Source: Octopus sinensis | Taxonomy: Eukaryota | DNA length: 64,000 nt | Assembly (NCBI RefSeq): GCF_006345805.1 | Contig: NC_043005.1 | Coordinates: 81,964,001-82,028,000 of the forward strand | Reading direction: 5' to 3' | Shown: positions 1 to 12,531 of the stretch, one piece after another | Layout: each line of letters starts with the position of its first letter | Position numbering within the stretch: the first letter of the stretch is position 1 | Position numbers and translations under genes: made by a program | Notes under the pieces: model-generated | What the model was told of the DNA's origin: nothing | The model's input: only the letters and a program-made list of their open reading frames with translations | Database searches by the model: none

Positions 1-698
1 TATTGGAAATAGAAAAGTCAATGATGAAAATAAATGCAAAACAAATAAAATATTTGTAATTATACAATTAAAGTATGTATGAAAAAAAAAAATTTGTAAA
101 TGATTAACTTACAGAAAATGAAATTAGCCAATTACGTCACAAAAGAACAAAACAATATTTAAAAAAAAGATACATACATATATATATATATATAAAGTGT
201 TTAATTGCAAAAATATTTACAAATTAGGTTCCACGCGTTACGGAACCAACATCACGCGTCATAAACTCCAATACAACTCTGACGATAATGATTAGATTGT
301 TCCATTGCTGCCTGTGTGCTGTAAAATAGAATCAGAAAGCAGAGTTACAGAGTTCGCAACTATTTCAAATTGAATATAATTTCTTACATTTTATATTTTT
401 TTATTTTCAATATATAGTTTGTATTTTTAAACACAAGTTCATAAAATATCCTATCTCCAGACGAGTACTGCAATAAATTTTCGCTATTAATTTACATTAC
501 ATTTAATGCACAGATTGCTATTTTAATCTAATACTGTTTCTGTTGCCTAAAACAGATCGATATTCAACCGAGTGGCTAGTACAATGCTAATCATTGCACT
601 AATATATTAGTAAGTTGGATGTCATCTCTGCATGCAGTCGACAGTGAGTACATGTTACTGACAAAGTGTAGAGAAGCAGAAATGCTCTTATTTCATAA

Positions 699-923
699 TT
701 TTTATTGCTCACAAGGGGCTAAACAATGAAGGGACAAACAAGGACGAACAATGGGATTAAGTCGATTACATCGACCCCACTGCGTAACTGGTTCTTAATT
801 TATCGACCCCGAAAGGATGAAAAGAAAAGGCGACCTCGGCGGAATTTGAAATCAGAACGTAACTGCAGACGAAATACCGCTAAGCATTTTGCCCGCCGTC
901 CTAACGCTTCTGCCACCTCGCCG
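699..923 (-). mobile_element. tRNA-derived SINE monomer with Meta-domain-like body (family M)
   Basis: The minus strand reads a tRNA-like head (GGCGAGGTGGCAGAAGCGTTAG...TTCAAATTCC), then TTTTCATCCTTTCGGGGTCGATAAATTAAGAACCAG, resembling the MetaSINE domain. A 15-bp duplication AGCAGAAATGCTCTT flanks it at 675-689 and 935-949. Many copies occur in the window. Confidence 0.85.
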
Positions 924-1214
924 ACTTCTACAAGAGCAGAAATGCTCTTGTAGCATCCTCACCTGCCCCTGATGGACGCTTTTCGTCTACTACCGAAATC
1001 GTCTCTTCTTTTAAATACAACACATCCATAATATTTATTAACTCTCCACGATTATCACTAAAATTTAGTTTTTTGTGAAGTATTTATAGTAAGTATGATA
1101 CGCAGATGATTATTTTAGTATGATTCTGCTTCTTGTGCATAAACCAATTGTTGTGGTAAATAAAACAAATTTTTTGCTTGATATATACAGTCAGTATTTT
1201 CATTTAAATATCAT

Positions 1215-1610
1215 GACCTGCTCCACCTTATATCAGTGTCTCTAACACTTTATACTCAACTGTACGTTTAAATATCTATATCAAATAAAGTACTATTGCA
1301 ATACTGGCAACGCCTTATAATTGATTGCTGTATTACTAAGAAATATGGTACTTCGAGTCATATGTCTTCATGAGAAAGATGGTCAACTAATGTTTAAAGG
1401 ATTTCATTGTTCAACTCCTATGACCAGTGATACATACGTCGTTGGCCCAAACACTTTATACTTTATATATTTTCACTGTCGACAGTAAGTATATGTAATG
1501 TCACTACTACAAGTAGTAGCAATACCTTATAATTTATAGCTGCGTTACTAACGTTCTATGCTATTTACAGCCATCTTTCTTCAAGAGAAAGATAGCTGAC
1601 TAATGTGTCA
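1215..1610. repeat. Degenerate ~210-bp direct tandem duplication
   Basis: The blocks AACACTTTATACT, CCTTATAATT, TTACTAA and TCTTCAnGAGAAAGATnG...ACTAATG each recur about 205-213 bp apart. Confidence 0.7.
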
Positions 1611-2494
1611 CAGAATATTGCCTGTAAACCAGGCAAGTCTGGATAAAATAGTTATACAAGTCTTTGTGAGAAGACGTTTTCACTTTGGAAAATAAATTAA
1701 AGGCCAACATTTTCGGAACTTTCATCTGAAATAGAAATCAAAAGGTCAGAATGTAGTTCAGGATAGAGCAGAAATAGTTTAGAATACATATGACAGGCAT
1801 GCATTAGACTAGGTCCTGTATTTAGAAAAGCGCTTTTGAACGACCTAATGGGAAGGTCATATGCTATACAGGCTCAGATCTAAGAACATTGTACACATTT
1901 ATAACAGCTTGCATTCTAGCAGACAAAAATAATGCAAAAACTAAACCAAGTAAAACCATTCGATTAAAGAGGAACTGTTCAGAGTTGATAGAAATAAGAA
2001 TACTTAATGCAGCAGATATATGTGATACAGATGACCTCATCGGAGATCACCGGAGAAAATTATGACAGATCGTGTTCAGACAAAAAACACTCCGTTATGT
2101 ATAGATGCTGCTACAGTTCTGATGGAAATATATAAATTTCCATTAAACTACTGCTATACTTTGTTGCACGTAAGAAAGAAGGAAAAAAAATTAATATATA
2201 TCACACTTCATGCTAGCTTATATTATTATGAAAGTCTGAAACATTATTTAAAACAAGCCAAGAAAAATGCAGGCTGCACGTAAAGAGGGCAATGGAATCA
2301 AGACAGACGTCGGCTCTGTTCACTAAATGATATCTGATGAAATACACAAATATGAATACTCATGCTCGTTTATGTTAACGTATGTGCCAATGTTTATCTT
2401 AATGTTCCTGAGGTAAAATAAAACAGAGTACGCTCAAACAGAAATATTAAAACACGCACACACACTCTCGAGTAAATATCTGTATCTATGTACA

Positions 2495-2861
2495 CAAGGG
2501 TTAAGGAATGGGGTAGATAAAATCCAGGCTACATGGGTTTCACAGCGAGCGAAACCTCGGAAGTGGGTAATTATCCAAGTGACGTACATACCGCAGGCTA
2601 CTTTTCAGGCCAAGAATATCTTCATTACATGAAAGTTTACATTGTCGCAAGGAGGTACATGTTAACACATAGAAAATTTAATCTTCCATGTGCTAACATG
2701 TACCTCCTTGCGGCAATCTAAGCCTTCATTTAATCAAGGTATCCTTGGCCTGAAAAGTAGCCTGCGGTATACACCTCGCTTGGATACTTAACGCTTCTGA
2801 GGTTTCGCTCGCTATGAAACATAAGGATCCTGGATCTTATCTACTCTATCCTTAACTCTTG
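2495..2861. mobile_element. Fully palindromic (fold-back) MITE-like element, ~367 bp
   Basis: Arm 2495-2676 is the reverse complement of ~2680-2861 along its whole length (e.g. TACCGCAGGCTACTTTTCAGGCCAAG / CTTGGCCTGAAAAGTAGCCTGCGGTA). TA lies at the right end. Confidence 0.85.
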
Positions 2862-3077
2862 TATTATTATTCGCATACCCGGTGACATTGGTCGCCTGCC
2901 GTGAAATATTAAAAGGACTTTTTTCAATTTATCGTACATCGATAAGAAAAAAATCCATCCACGACCTTCCATCTCAATAAACTACTATTGTCGCTGAAAG
3001 CTATGTTATATATATTTACCATATATTGCTTGAGCTAACTGTCTCACTTCAACTCAATCCTTGGATGTTAGATATGT

Positions 3078-3110
3078 TGAGTGAGACGTTTATGTATAGT
3101 AATAATGCCC

Positions 3111-3155
<45 letters not shown>

Positions 3156-3299
3156 GGCATTATTACTATACATAAACGTCTCACTCAAAGGGGACTTTTA
3201 AAGTCAAAACTACCATAATATATGTTTATTTATTATGGTAGTTTTGGCTTTAAGAGTCCATCACAGCGTGAGCGATTTATGTATAGTAATGCCCTTAAT
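3078..3299. repeat. ~150-bp palindromic element (3151-3299) plus an extra inverted half-copy (3078-3114) across a (TA)n tract
   Basis: TTGAGTGAGACGTTTATGTATAGTAATAATGCCCTT, then (TA)n, then its exact reverse complement. The internal hairpin is AAAACTACCATAAT/ATTATGGTAGTTTT. Confidence 0.8.
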
Positions 3300-3407
3300 A
3301 TAAGTATATATATATTTAAGAGGAATAAATTGATGGATTTTTCCATTATGAGGTTTTTTCAGGCTAAGTACTTGATAAATTCTTATAAAGATTTTATCCT
3401 ATTTTTC

Positions 3408-3448
<41 letters not shown>

Positions 3449-5099
3449 AGAATATGTGTATATATGTATATATATACATATACAAATTAGAGAAAACAAC
3501 ACTATTATATAATTCAAACAATGATGACATAGACCATATCATATAGAAAAATAAATCATATAAAACATATAACTAGATCACAAAAACGTACAAAAAATGA
3601 ATAGACAATATATAAGAAGTAAAAAGACTACGTACGTTTCGCGGCTATAACTCCAATTCGAATTAAAATTAAATTTAAATATATATTATATATTTATATT
3701 GTGAAATTTGTTTTAATACTAAATTGAATTTTTCCCTGTATATCTGGAGTTACTCCCTAATATTATTATTATTATACACACACACACATAGACAGACACA
3801 CACACATACATATATATATCTATCCACGTTTGTAAGCAAATTATCATGTTAATGTATATATCTATCATGTTAAGCACATATTCCTTGTCATTATCATACT
3901 ATCAACCTTTCATTATAAAAATGTAATGAATACGATGCGCTATTTTAAGTCCTTGAGCGATCTTGGAATTAATGTTTGCTTAGTTTTGCTATATAAACAC
4001 ACTGAAAAGCAATCTTTAATGTACACATGCGTGTGAGTATGCTTTAATCCGTAGAATGTATCTTGATGCTGTTACGTATAGTTAAAATAATTATTTTAAC
4101 CAATTCAGTTTTAGATGGCAATCATTTGATAGTGCCATCATACCTTCAGCAAGGAACGTTGCTTTTGTCAGAGCTACTTAGAATTGTCTATAGATGAATG
4201 AATCACTTGAGATTAAGTTAACCGATTTAGTCAAATGCTGACTTTGGTATTTATTGAGTGTGCTGTTGTGAAAGGTACTCGAACTGGAAGCCGTAACCAA
4301 TTCAGATATTCTTGTTGTTTAGTGTATGCATTAAGATCGCAACGAAAAACATAAGGCCAATAAACAGAGACTATTGTGTACGTATGTGTTTAAGTGTCTC
4401 GGTGTATGGATATATATATATATATATATATATGCATGTATGTACGTATAAGCGGGTAAGTGTGAATGGTTGTGTGTATGTATTTATACAGGTACAGATG
4501 CACGCAGAGAATTGCGTGCATCTGTGTCATTTTTGATTTGTTTATTGCACCATATAATTGCTGTCGTGCTGGCTTTTACTAAACTACAATCCAACCTACC
4601 TACCTACCACCTTTTTAATTACCTACCTGTCTATCTACCTACACATAGATACACACATACTCACCCACACGTACACATAACACACATATGTATGCAAAGA
4701 CTCTAAATCAAGCAAAGATGCGTGAAGACACATAAGAGATGATAGGCGAACATGCAAATAATAGCAGCAGGATCTTTACAACATTTCTTTGGTGTTTTTT
4801 TATCATAAAAGTAACAAAGAAGCAAAGATTAGTGGATTCTTGTCTTTTTTTCTTTGCATTTTCGTCTCTTATTTCGAGTTATGACGCAATGCAACACTTA
4901 GTACTTCAATTATGTAATTGGACATAGTTTACATGCTGAGCGTATTTCATTAAACATGCACACGCTCTCGTGTATTTGACATTTGGTCGACACATATATC
5001 CCACTAGAATTAGCTTACATTCCTTTAGCTATCTTTTAATACTTAATAACTTTAATAGCTTAATTCCAGTTCATAAGTCCATAAGCATTTTTTAAATTC

Positions 5100-5275
5100 T
5101 TTTACTCTTTTACTTGTTTCAGTGATTTGACTGCGGCCATGCTGTAGCACCGCCTTAGAGTATTTTAGTCGAAGGAATCGAATCCAGAACTTATTTTTTG
5201 TAAGTCAGCTACTTATTCTATGCCGAACCACTAAGTTACGAGACCCTAAACACTCTACAATCGGCTGTCAAGACG
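5100..5275 (-). mobile_element. 3' part of CORE-like SINE (family C)
   Basis: TTTTACTTGTTTCAGTGATTTGACTGCGGCCATGCTGTAGCACCGCC matches the tails at 52808 and 55060. Confidence 0.8.
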
Positions 5276-5279
5276 GGAA

Positions 5280-5614
5280 GGATGGCTTCCCTTTCACTGG
5301 AAAAAGGATATATATTTGCAAAGGGAGGCCTACTTTTCATCGACAACTGCTGATTGTTACACGCTGATGACGGGTCAATAACCAGAAACTCGGGTCCGTG
5401 TGTATTGTAGGTTGAAGACAGGAAGTATGGCTTCCTTTTGCAAATACTGATAGGGCACAGAAAGTGTGTCAATAGCCAGCTGGAGAAGGTGTCCTCCTGG
5501 GGCTACAAGCTACAGTAGCATCCACTCTTAGGGGTTATCCACATTTAAGTGGCAAATATACTTCACGATGTGTTGTAACTACTGTTCATACCTCGCTCAG
5601 AGAATTATTATTGC
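5280..5614 (+). mobile_element. ~340-nt hammerhead-bearing repeat unit (retrozyme or Penelope pLTR-like, family H1)
   Basis: Homologous to the reverse complement of 29636-29980. It contains a hammerhead at 5358-5402 and runs directly into (TA)n. Confidence 0.75.
5358..5402 (+). ncRNA. Minimal type-I hammerhead ribozyme
   Basis: Stem I TACACG/CGTGTG; core CTGATGA at 5364-5370; short stem II GGT/ACC; GAAA at 5385-5388; near-palindromic stem III ACTCGGGT; GUC cleavage triplet ending at 5396. Confidence 0.8.
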
Positions 5615-5615
5615 G

Positions 5616-5698
<83 letters not shown>

Positions 5699-8600
5699 CG
5701 GCGTAGCATAGATTAAGGGATGATTCTTTCGTATGTTCATATCTATCCATATATCTGTCTGTCTGTCTACCTAGCTATCTTTCTATATATCTATCTATCT
5801 GCCTGTCTATCTATCTTTCTTTCTCTATCCATCTTTCTTTCTCTTTCTGTGTCTCTCTCTTCATATATATACGTACATGTATATATACAACGTGCATGTG
5901 CCTTTAAATGTGTACATACCTGTATATCATCTAATCATATGTTATAAGCGTTATCCTGTTTATATTGTTTCTGTGATATATGGTGTTCGTAGAGAAAGGG
6001 GATGTCAAGATGCCTTTCACAATACATTTCTGTATATACTTGTTTATCATTATTTGAATACACATAGAAACACGCAATCAAACACGCACAAATACACACC
6101 TAGATATATAGTAATGAGTTAGAATAATTTACGGTGATGTCTTCTCTATGCAATAATAGAAAATATCCTCCCTTGGTAGAGCTATAAATATTTCGTTCAA
6201 CAAGTAAATACGCTAATCCCTGTACAGAATTTTACAGCTAAACCTAATGAATTAGATTTTTCATTTAGTTTTACAATTTTTAAAACATTCAATATCAGTG
6301 CATTATGCTGGTCTCCTCAAAATTATTTCCATTCACATTCTGCTAACAATGAACACACATTCATTTATGCTTATCCGACTACCCTACAGGAGATAGATAA
6401 AATTTATAGATATTTATAATAACGTTTAACCACATTTCACATTTCTGACAAATTTTATTTAACGCAGTTATTTATTGAAGATTACTATTTGTAAATCTCT
6501 CAACGAGTTATTTATATCCGTAACTTTTATAGCAAGATAATAGATTTTACTATAACAAAGGATGCTGGGAATCATTGAATACCAAATAACTAATAGTAAA
6601 GAATGTATATGTCTCCATAAGCTTTTAAGGCTAAATGTTTAGCGCATATTTGCTAGAATAAAGCAGATACGATGCAAATATTGCACTAAGTCTATCACAT
6701 GTAATATTTTGGTAGCTCCGAGTCAACCTTATACCATATGAATAAAATTTAGTTGACGGAACCTGTATAGAAGCTCATTAGAATTCTATACACTTCGTTC
6801 CTATGATACAAAAGAGTTCCACGTTAAACGTTGGACAAAGATTTTGAGGTAATTACAAATATATGATCCAAACGTTCATTATGCAAGATGAAAAGATTTT
6901 CTTGAAATCTGAAGGTAGTGGAGAATATTAATTATAAGACGTGCGTTGTCGGTTGAAATCAGTTGTGGGTATTTTCTAACTTTTCTAACTACAAAACTAA
7001 AATTGTATTGTCACCGCCCACATCCTGTCAATAGCTATTAAATGAGCGAGTAATGTTACATGTAGATGCACTATGGCCGAATGGCCAAGTTCACTTTTCA
7101 TTCATAATGTCTAGAGTTCGATATTTGCTAAGTGTCATTAACTATTATTCCAAGTCGATTTATGTCTTGTGAATGAAATTGGGTACACAGAAATTGTGTA
7201 TGAACCCGCTGGATTCATTGAACATTTAATTCTAATGTTTAGCGTTATGAGAGTGTGTCACGCTGACAGGGCCTGAGTTTTACGTTACAGTGCATGATTC
7301 TGTGGAATACAGCATAGCTGATACCCTAACTCAATGACATGGATAGAAGAGTTGATAAAAGAAATGAAAAATAAATGGGACTCAAACTGAATTTTCACTA
7401 GAGAGCTTAATTTTTACCTGTTCAATCAACTGAACTAACCTCGCTAAAATTTGAATTAAAGTGGCTGAGTATTCTGGACACAAATGTATATTGTTAACAT
7501 TATTATTATTATTATTATTATTAATATCCTACTTTATATCGGCACAACTCGGTACGATCCCATAAGACTGCTGTTGTAAGTTGGAATCACTAGGCCGTGA
7601 CCGACAATAAATAATGCAATCAGCTTGTCAATCCACCGCCTTAGTTTGGTATATTTTTAATGACCTTGTAGGGTTGAACGGCAAAATTTAAATTACTGCT
7701 ATTTGAACTTGCACAAGCGAGAGTCAGAGCTAATGTGTGGAATTTATATCCAGCGCTCTATTGATTCTACAATTTCACCAAACCTAGGTGTGATATAGTT
7801 AAGTATCACTGAATCTGTTAATCCGCAAGTTTCATTAATATGTGGAACTTTAATGTCAAAGGGAAAGTATCGCTATTCTGCAAGCTACTCACTCTGTAGC
7901 AAATATAAAAGGGGAAACGGGGTATTTTAATGGCTCTTCCGTGAGAAATTATTGCTTAAAAGAATTACAACGGCTTCGACATTCATTTGAAACTGTGTAG
8001 CGAATTCAGCTCGGCACAAAGCTGTACAGCATTAATCATAGCGTTCCACACAATTACCTTAAAACTACCGAGCTAAATGTTCCTTCTGTGTGGCCCCAAA
8101 ACAATTTCACCATGATAGGATATATAAGCACTGCTACGATGGAAACGAACATAGAGGTTATCTTTCATACCTACTCTAACATCCAATACATTTCCATACC
8201 GTATCACAGCAATGGTGTAATTGTCGTCGTAGTAGCAGCATTTGCTCAACTCTGATCTTTCTGCCTGAAGAAAATCTAATGAACACTCTGTAACTAGAAA
8301 TAGCCCATATAATATTTTTATTTCTCTTATATCGTCTATACATTACTTCAACCTTCACACATTTCCCTGATATTGTTGTTTTGTTTTCATATATATATAT
8401 ATTTAGGCTGTATGGGCAATAAATCTTTAAGATGAAAATCCTAGGGTGTGATATACGATTCACAATTCAGTATGAATTTGTACGTGCTGTTTCAGGTTGT
8501 GAAACATAACAGCCTGAATATGATTGATTATCTTAATAATTTATCCTATTATCTTATAACACCAGCTAGAAATCACGCTAACGTGTTCACTATCTGATCT

Positions 8601-9136
8601 AAACGTTCGCACAAAAGTTACACTATCCAGAAACAGGGAAACAGCGTAGCGTAGAGAAGAATATTGTTTCTATTCTGGAAATGAAGTTAGTGTTAGACTA
8701 TAATGCTGTCTATGGGCACTTACACATTTCAAAACAAGATATGTCTAAAAGCAAGACACTGAAAGAAAGATTACGTGTTTTCGTAAACCATTTAATTACA
8801 GAATATACAGAATGGATATCTTTACGAACACACAGATTTATGGTAATGTTCAAGGCTTTCCTTCAAATCCATGGGATTGTAGGTTCGATTCATGGGCTGG
8901 GAGATGCGATGAGAGTGGCACTTAATTTAAAGTGCAGCCTACTTTCCCTACCATTGTCACATGCTCTTATGCGGGTAATTGCTACAAGCACACGTGCTCG
9001 CACACGCAGAGGTACACATATATATTATATATTTCCTTTTTGGTGAAACATTGCAAACTGCTGTCTATATTAATTTTCTGTATAAAAATTTGCGATTTGT
9101 TAAGTCATCAAAAGATTTCTGTGATGAAAACATAAA

Positions 9137-9526
9137 CGTAGTCTGATCAATAAGTATCCGGACTGAAACATAATAACGAAGCTAAAGCACGCAGAGTAAA
9201 GCTACTTGGCAGACACTGATTTTGATCTCTGCTGTTCATGCGCACTAAGTCTTAACATTCTAGCTCGCTGCCGCTGTTTACAGCAGTGCTTGGAAGGAAA
9301 CTGTGTAGCGTGTGATCGCCGCATTGGCCATAACAGTTGTGCAGAGAATCAGCATCAAATTTTGTCAAAAGCATGGCGATAACTGCTCAGAGGCCTACGC
9401 AAATTTTTCGAAAAGTTTTTATCGTTCTCGACACTGACTATGTGGTAAGTAGCTTGCTTGCGAACCACATGGTTCCGGGTTCAGTCGCGCTACGTGACAT
9501 CTTGGGCAACTGAAAGAAGCCCGTCA

Positions 9527-9583
<57 letters not shown>

Positions 9584-10354
9584 TTGTGTTTGTCCCCCCT
9601 GCATCATTTGACAACCGACGCTGGTGTGTTTACGTTCCTGTAACTTAGCGGTTCAGCAAAAGCGACCGATAGAATAAGTGCTAGGCTTACAAAGAATAAG
9701 CCCCGGGGTCTGTTTGCTCTACTAAAGGCGGTGCTCCAGCATGGCCACTGTCAAATGACTGAAACAAGTAAAAAAGTAATCAAGGAAACCTTGTGCAACT
9801 GAAACCCGAGTGTCTTTTTCGTCCGCTGAAAACAGTTTCGTCGCAAACTTGGCAGACATGCGTCTCGTACCCAAATCTTCAGTGATAATGGACTGAACTA
9901 AATCGTAACCAATCTGCACACCTTCTCATAAGACACAGTTAGTGATTCAACGATTTCCCCTCACAGCTGCATTGTTTTTCTTAGTTCTGCTCGTTGTGGG
10001 TCTCCCAGAATGTTCATCACTATTCACATATTTCGACTATCTTCGAAACGTCTGAACCAGTCGTACATTTGTGTGCGACTCATAACTCCTCTCCATACAC
10101 TTTCTACTACTTTGCGTAGGCCTCTGAGCAGATATCGCCATAACAACCTTTTTATGTCAGGGGCAATGTGACGATTCCACACTACTCACCTTCATTTCAC
10201 GCAGTGCTGTAAACAGCGGAAGTAGGCTAGAACGTTAAAACTTAGAGCACATGTACAGCAGAGTTTAACGGCAATCTGCGCCAATCAGTTTTACTCTGCG
10301 CGTTTTATTTTCGTTACTATTACAATGGTTCGGATACTAATAGATCAGACCTCG
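9137..10354. mobile_element. Mariner-derived inverted dimer (two 5' ends) with decayed N-terminal transposase
   Basis: TIRs are GTCTGATCAATAAGTATCCG and CGGATACTAATAGATCAGACCTCG-TA. The left arm (+) encodes QRISIKFCQKHGDNCSEAYA. The right arm (-) encodes MSRTQMYDWFRRF...SGRPTTSRT...IITEDLGTRRMSAKF, a mariner HTH region up to the degenerate WVPH linker. Confidence 0.85.
9432..9775 (+). mobile_element. CORE-like tRNA SINE (family C) nested in the mariner dimer
   Basis: Head TGTGGTAAGTAGCTTGC...GGTTCAGTC, then CTTGGGCAA, an internal (TA)n/(TG)n tract, and tail GGCGGTGCTCCAGCATGGCC...GAAACAAGTAAAA. Confidence 0.85.
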
Positions 10355-10445
10355 TATACTGACAGGTAATTAAATCCGGAATCTGCCGAAGTCGAGCCAC
10401 ACCTTCCTGATGAGACAACGGAAATTGCATAATGTATAAGGAATT

Positions 10446-10494
<49 letters not shown>

Positions 10495-10498
10495 TAAA

Positions 10499-10690
10499 GT
10501 TAGTCCAAACATGAAAACACAAAGAGAAAACCCAACAACGCGAGGACGTGGAACAAGTATAGTATTATTGGACGCGCAGGAAAGAAGGAGGGTTTAACGT
10601 TTCGAGCGGAGCTCTTCGTCAGAAACATAGAAAAAGGAAAGATCCAAAGAAGGGAAGACGGAGGGAAAAAATTCGCAAAGGTATGCACGT
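10499..10690 (-). mobile_element. Penelope pLTR-like fragment with hammerhead (family H2)
   Basis: Near-identical to 57730-57890 on the opposite strand; its 3' end abuts (TA)n. Confidence 0.75.
10592..10626 (-). ncRNA. Minimal type-I hammerhead ribozyme
   Basis: The minus strand reads GTTT-CTGACGA-A-GAGC(TCC)GCTC-GAAA-CG-TT-AAAC: stem I GTTT/AAAC, stem II GAGC/GCTC, palindromic ACGT stem III, GUU cleavage triplet. Confidence 0.75.
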
Positions 10691-11002
10691 GGTCACGAAT
10701 TCTCTATGTGTATATGTGTGTGTGTGTGTGTGCGTACGTGTACAATGGGCAAGTGTATATCAAAAGGTACAGTTTAGGGGGTACAGGCTTGGTAGGTGGT
10801 CAAATATCTAAATTTCTAAAAGTCAATGTCTTAAAACAATTAATTAGGTTAAAAATAAAATGCATGTTAAACCTTTTCAGTTATTTCAAGGATCCAGTGA
10901 CAAATTGATGCAGTAATAAGCATTATGCGTATGAATTACTATTGACAAATTAATAATGAAATAAACATTGTCGTCAACTCATTACTTCATTGATAAAGAT
11001 TA

Positions 11003-11384
11003 TCTCTCTCTATATAAACGGCAGTTTGTCTGTGTGTGTTTCTGTGTGTCTGTTTGCTTGTACCCTCACCCTGACCACGGCTTTCAACCGATTCTGATGA
11101 AACTTGACACACACATAGCCCAATGTCATAATTCAAAACTAACGCAGCGAAAATTTTGAAAAGTTCCCCCAGTTCTGAAAAAAATCGATAAATTCGACAT
11201 GGGGTCGAGAATCAGAAACACAAACCACAAACTGTCTAGGGAACGCAACTCCACCTTTTTTAACTCTAAAAAAAATTTACCATCATTTTTTTCCATTTTT
11301 TTGCTATTTTTTGGCTATAACTCTCTAAAAATGCTTTATAGTTATTTCCCTTACAAACCTGAGCAACGCCGGGCGATACTGCTA

Positions 11385-11385
<1 letters not shown>
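11003..11385 (+). mobile_element. Non-autonomous Helitron-like element
   Basis: It starts A|TC (TCTCTCTCTATATAAA) and ends CTAG|T, with a GC-rich subterminal hairpin CCTGAGCAACGCCGGG and no TSD. Confidence 0.75.
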
Positions 11386-11432
<47 letters not shown>

Positions 11433-12408
11433 ACACATATATATATGCAATATGTATATATATACACACGCACATACATTTATCTATCTATCTGTCCCTC
11501 TCTCTGTATATCTGTCTGACTCTCTCTCTCTCTCTCTCTCCCTATATATATATGTATATATATATATATATATTATATATATATATATACATACATACAG
11601 GCACACACACACATATATTTGAGATACAAATTTTCCCAAAGAAGAAAGTAAAAGTGAAAGTGACGTTTCGGACATAGTTCTTCATCGGATAAAAAAGAAA
11701 AAAGTGCTGAAAGGCGTGTGGTAACGAGGGACTAAAGATAAGCGCTGGTTAAAAATGAAATTCTATGGAAAGGAGTTAAGAAGGAATTTAGCGAGCAGTT
11801 GCGTGGAAGTAGAAATATTTTGTTTAAGATGAGGATTGCCATATATATTTCCTACTCATAAAAATACAAGAAGGGTTGGTAGACTCTTTTGCCTGCAAAC
11901 TCTTGGATACTCAACAGTTTTAGTTGAGACTTGTTTCGAACTTTTACAACCTACTACGAGACCGTCGTGTTCTATATTTACTACTGTTTAGTAAAGTTCA
12001 TAACAGTACCCTTTGATTCGTAGGGGGACTTCGCTGTTATTACTTGTAGGTGAAACTACTGTTTAAAAGTATCTGTCTTTATCTAGAAAGTGAAAGACGT
12101 TTTAATTGTGATTCGTATAGTCAGAAAAAGATTTACAAATCTTGGATACGTGTAGCGTTCTTGGAGATTAATGTGAAATCTGCACATTATTAGATGTCTA
12201 CGTTTATTGTACAATAATTGGTGAAGACGGCAACAGGAAGATAAGGAAAAAAAAACCTAACGATAGCTATGTCACTATAGCGATAACCTTAATATTTTCT
12301 GTTGTTACTTATGCTTCGAAAAGGGCACTAGAATGTCAACGAAGACAATAAGTGGAGAATAATGATTCTCTTATCGCTACCACTAATAAAACCTCTGCTG
12401 CAAATGCA

Positions 12409-12445
12409 ACTACTGCTATTACCACCACCACCACCACCACCACCA

Positions 12446-12516
<71 letters not shown>

Positions 12517-12531
12517 GTTGCTGTTGTTGTT
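12409..12531. repeat. (ACC)n/(ACT)n trinucleotide microsatellite
   Basis: Read directly; it explains the poly-T/V/S/L ORFs here. Confidence 0.95.
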
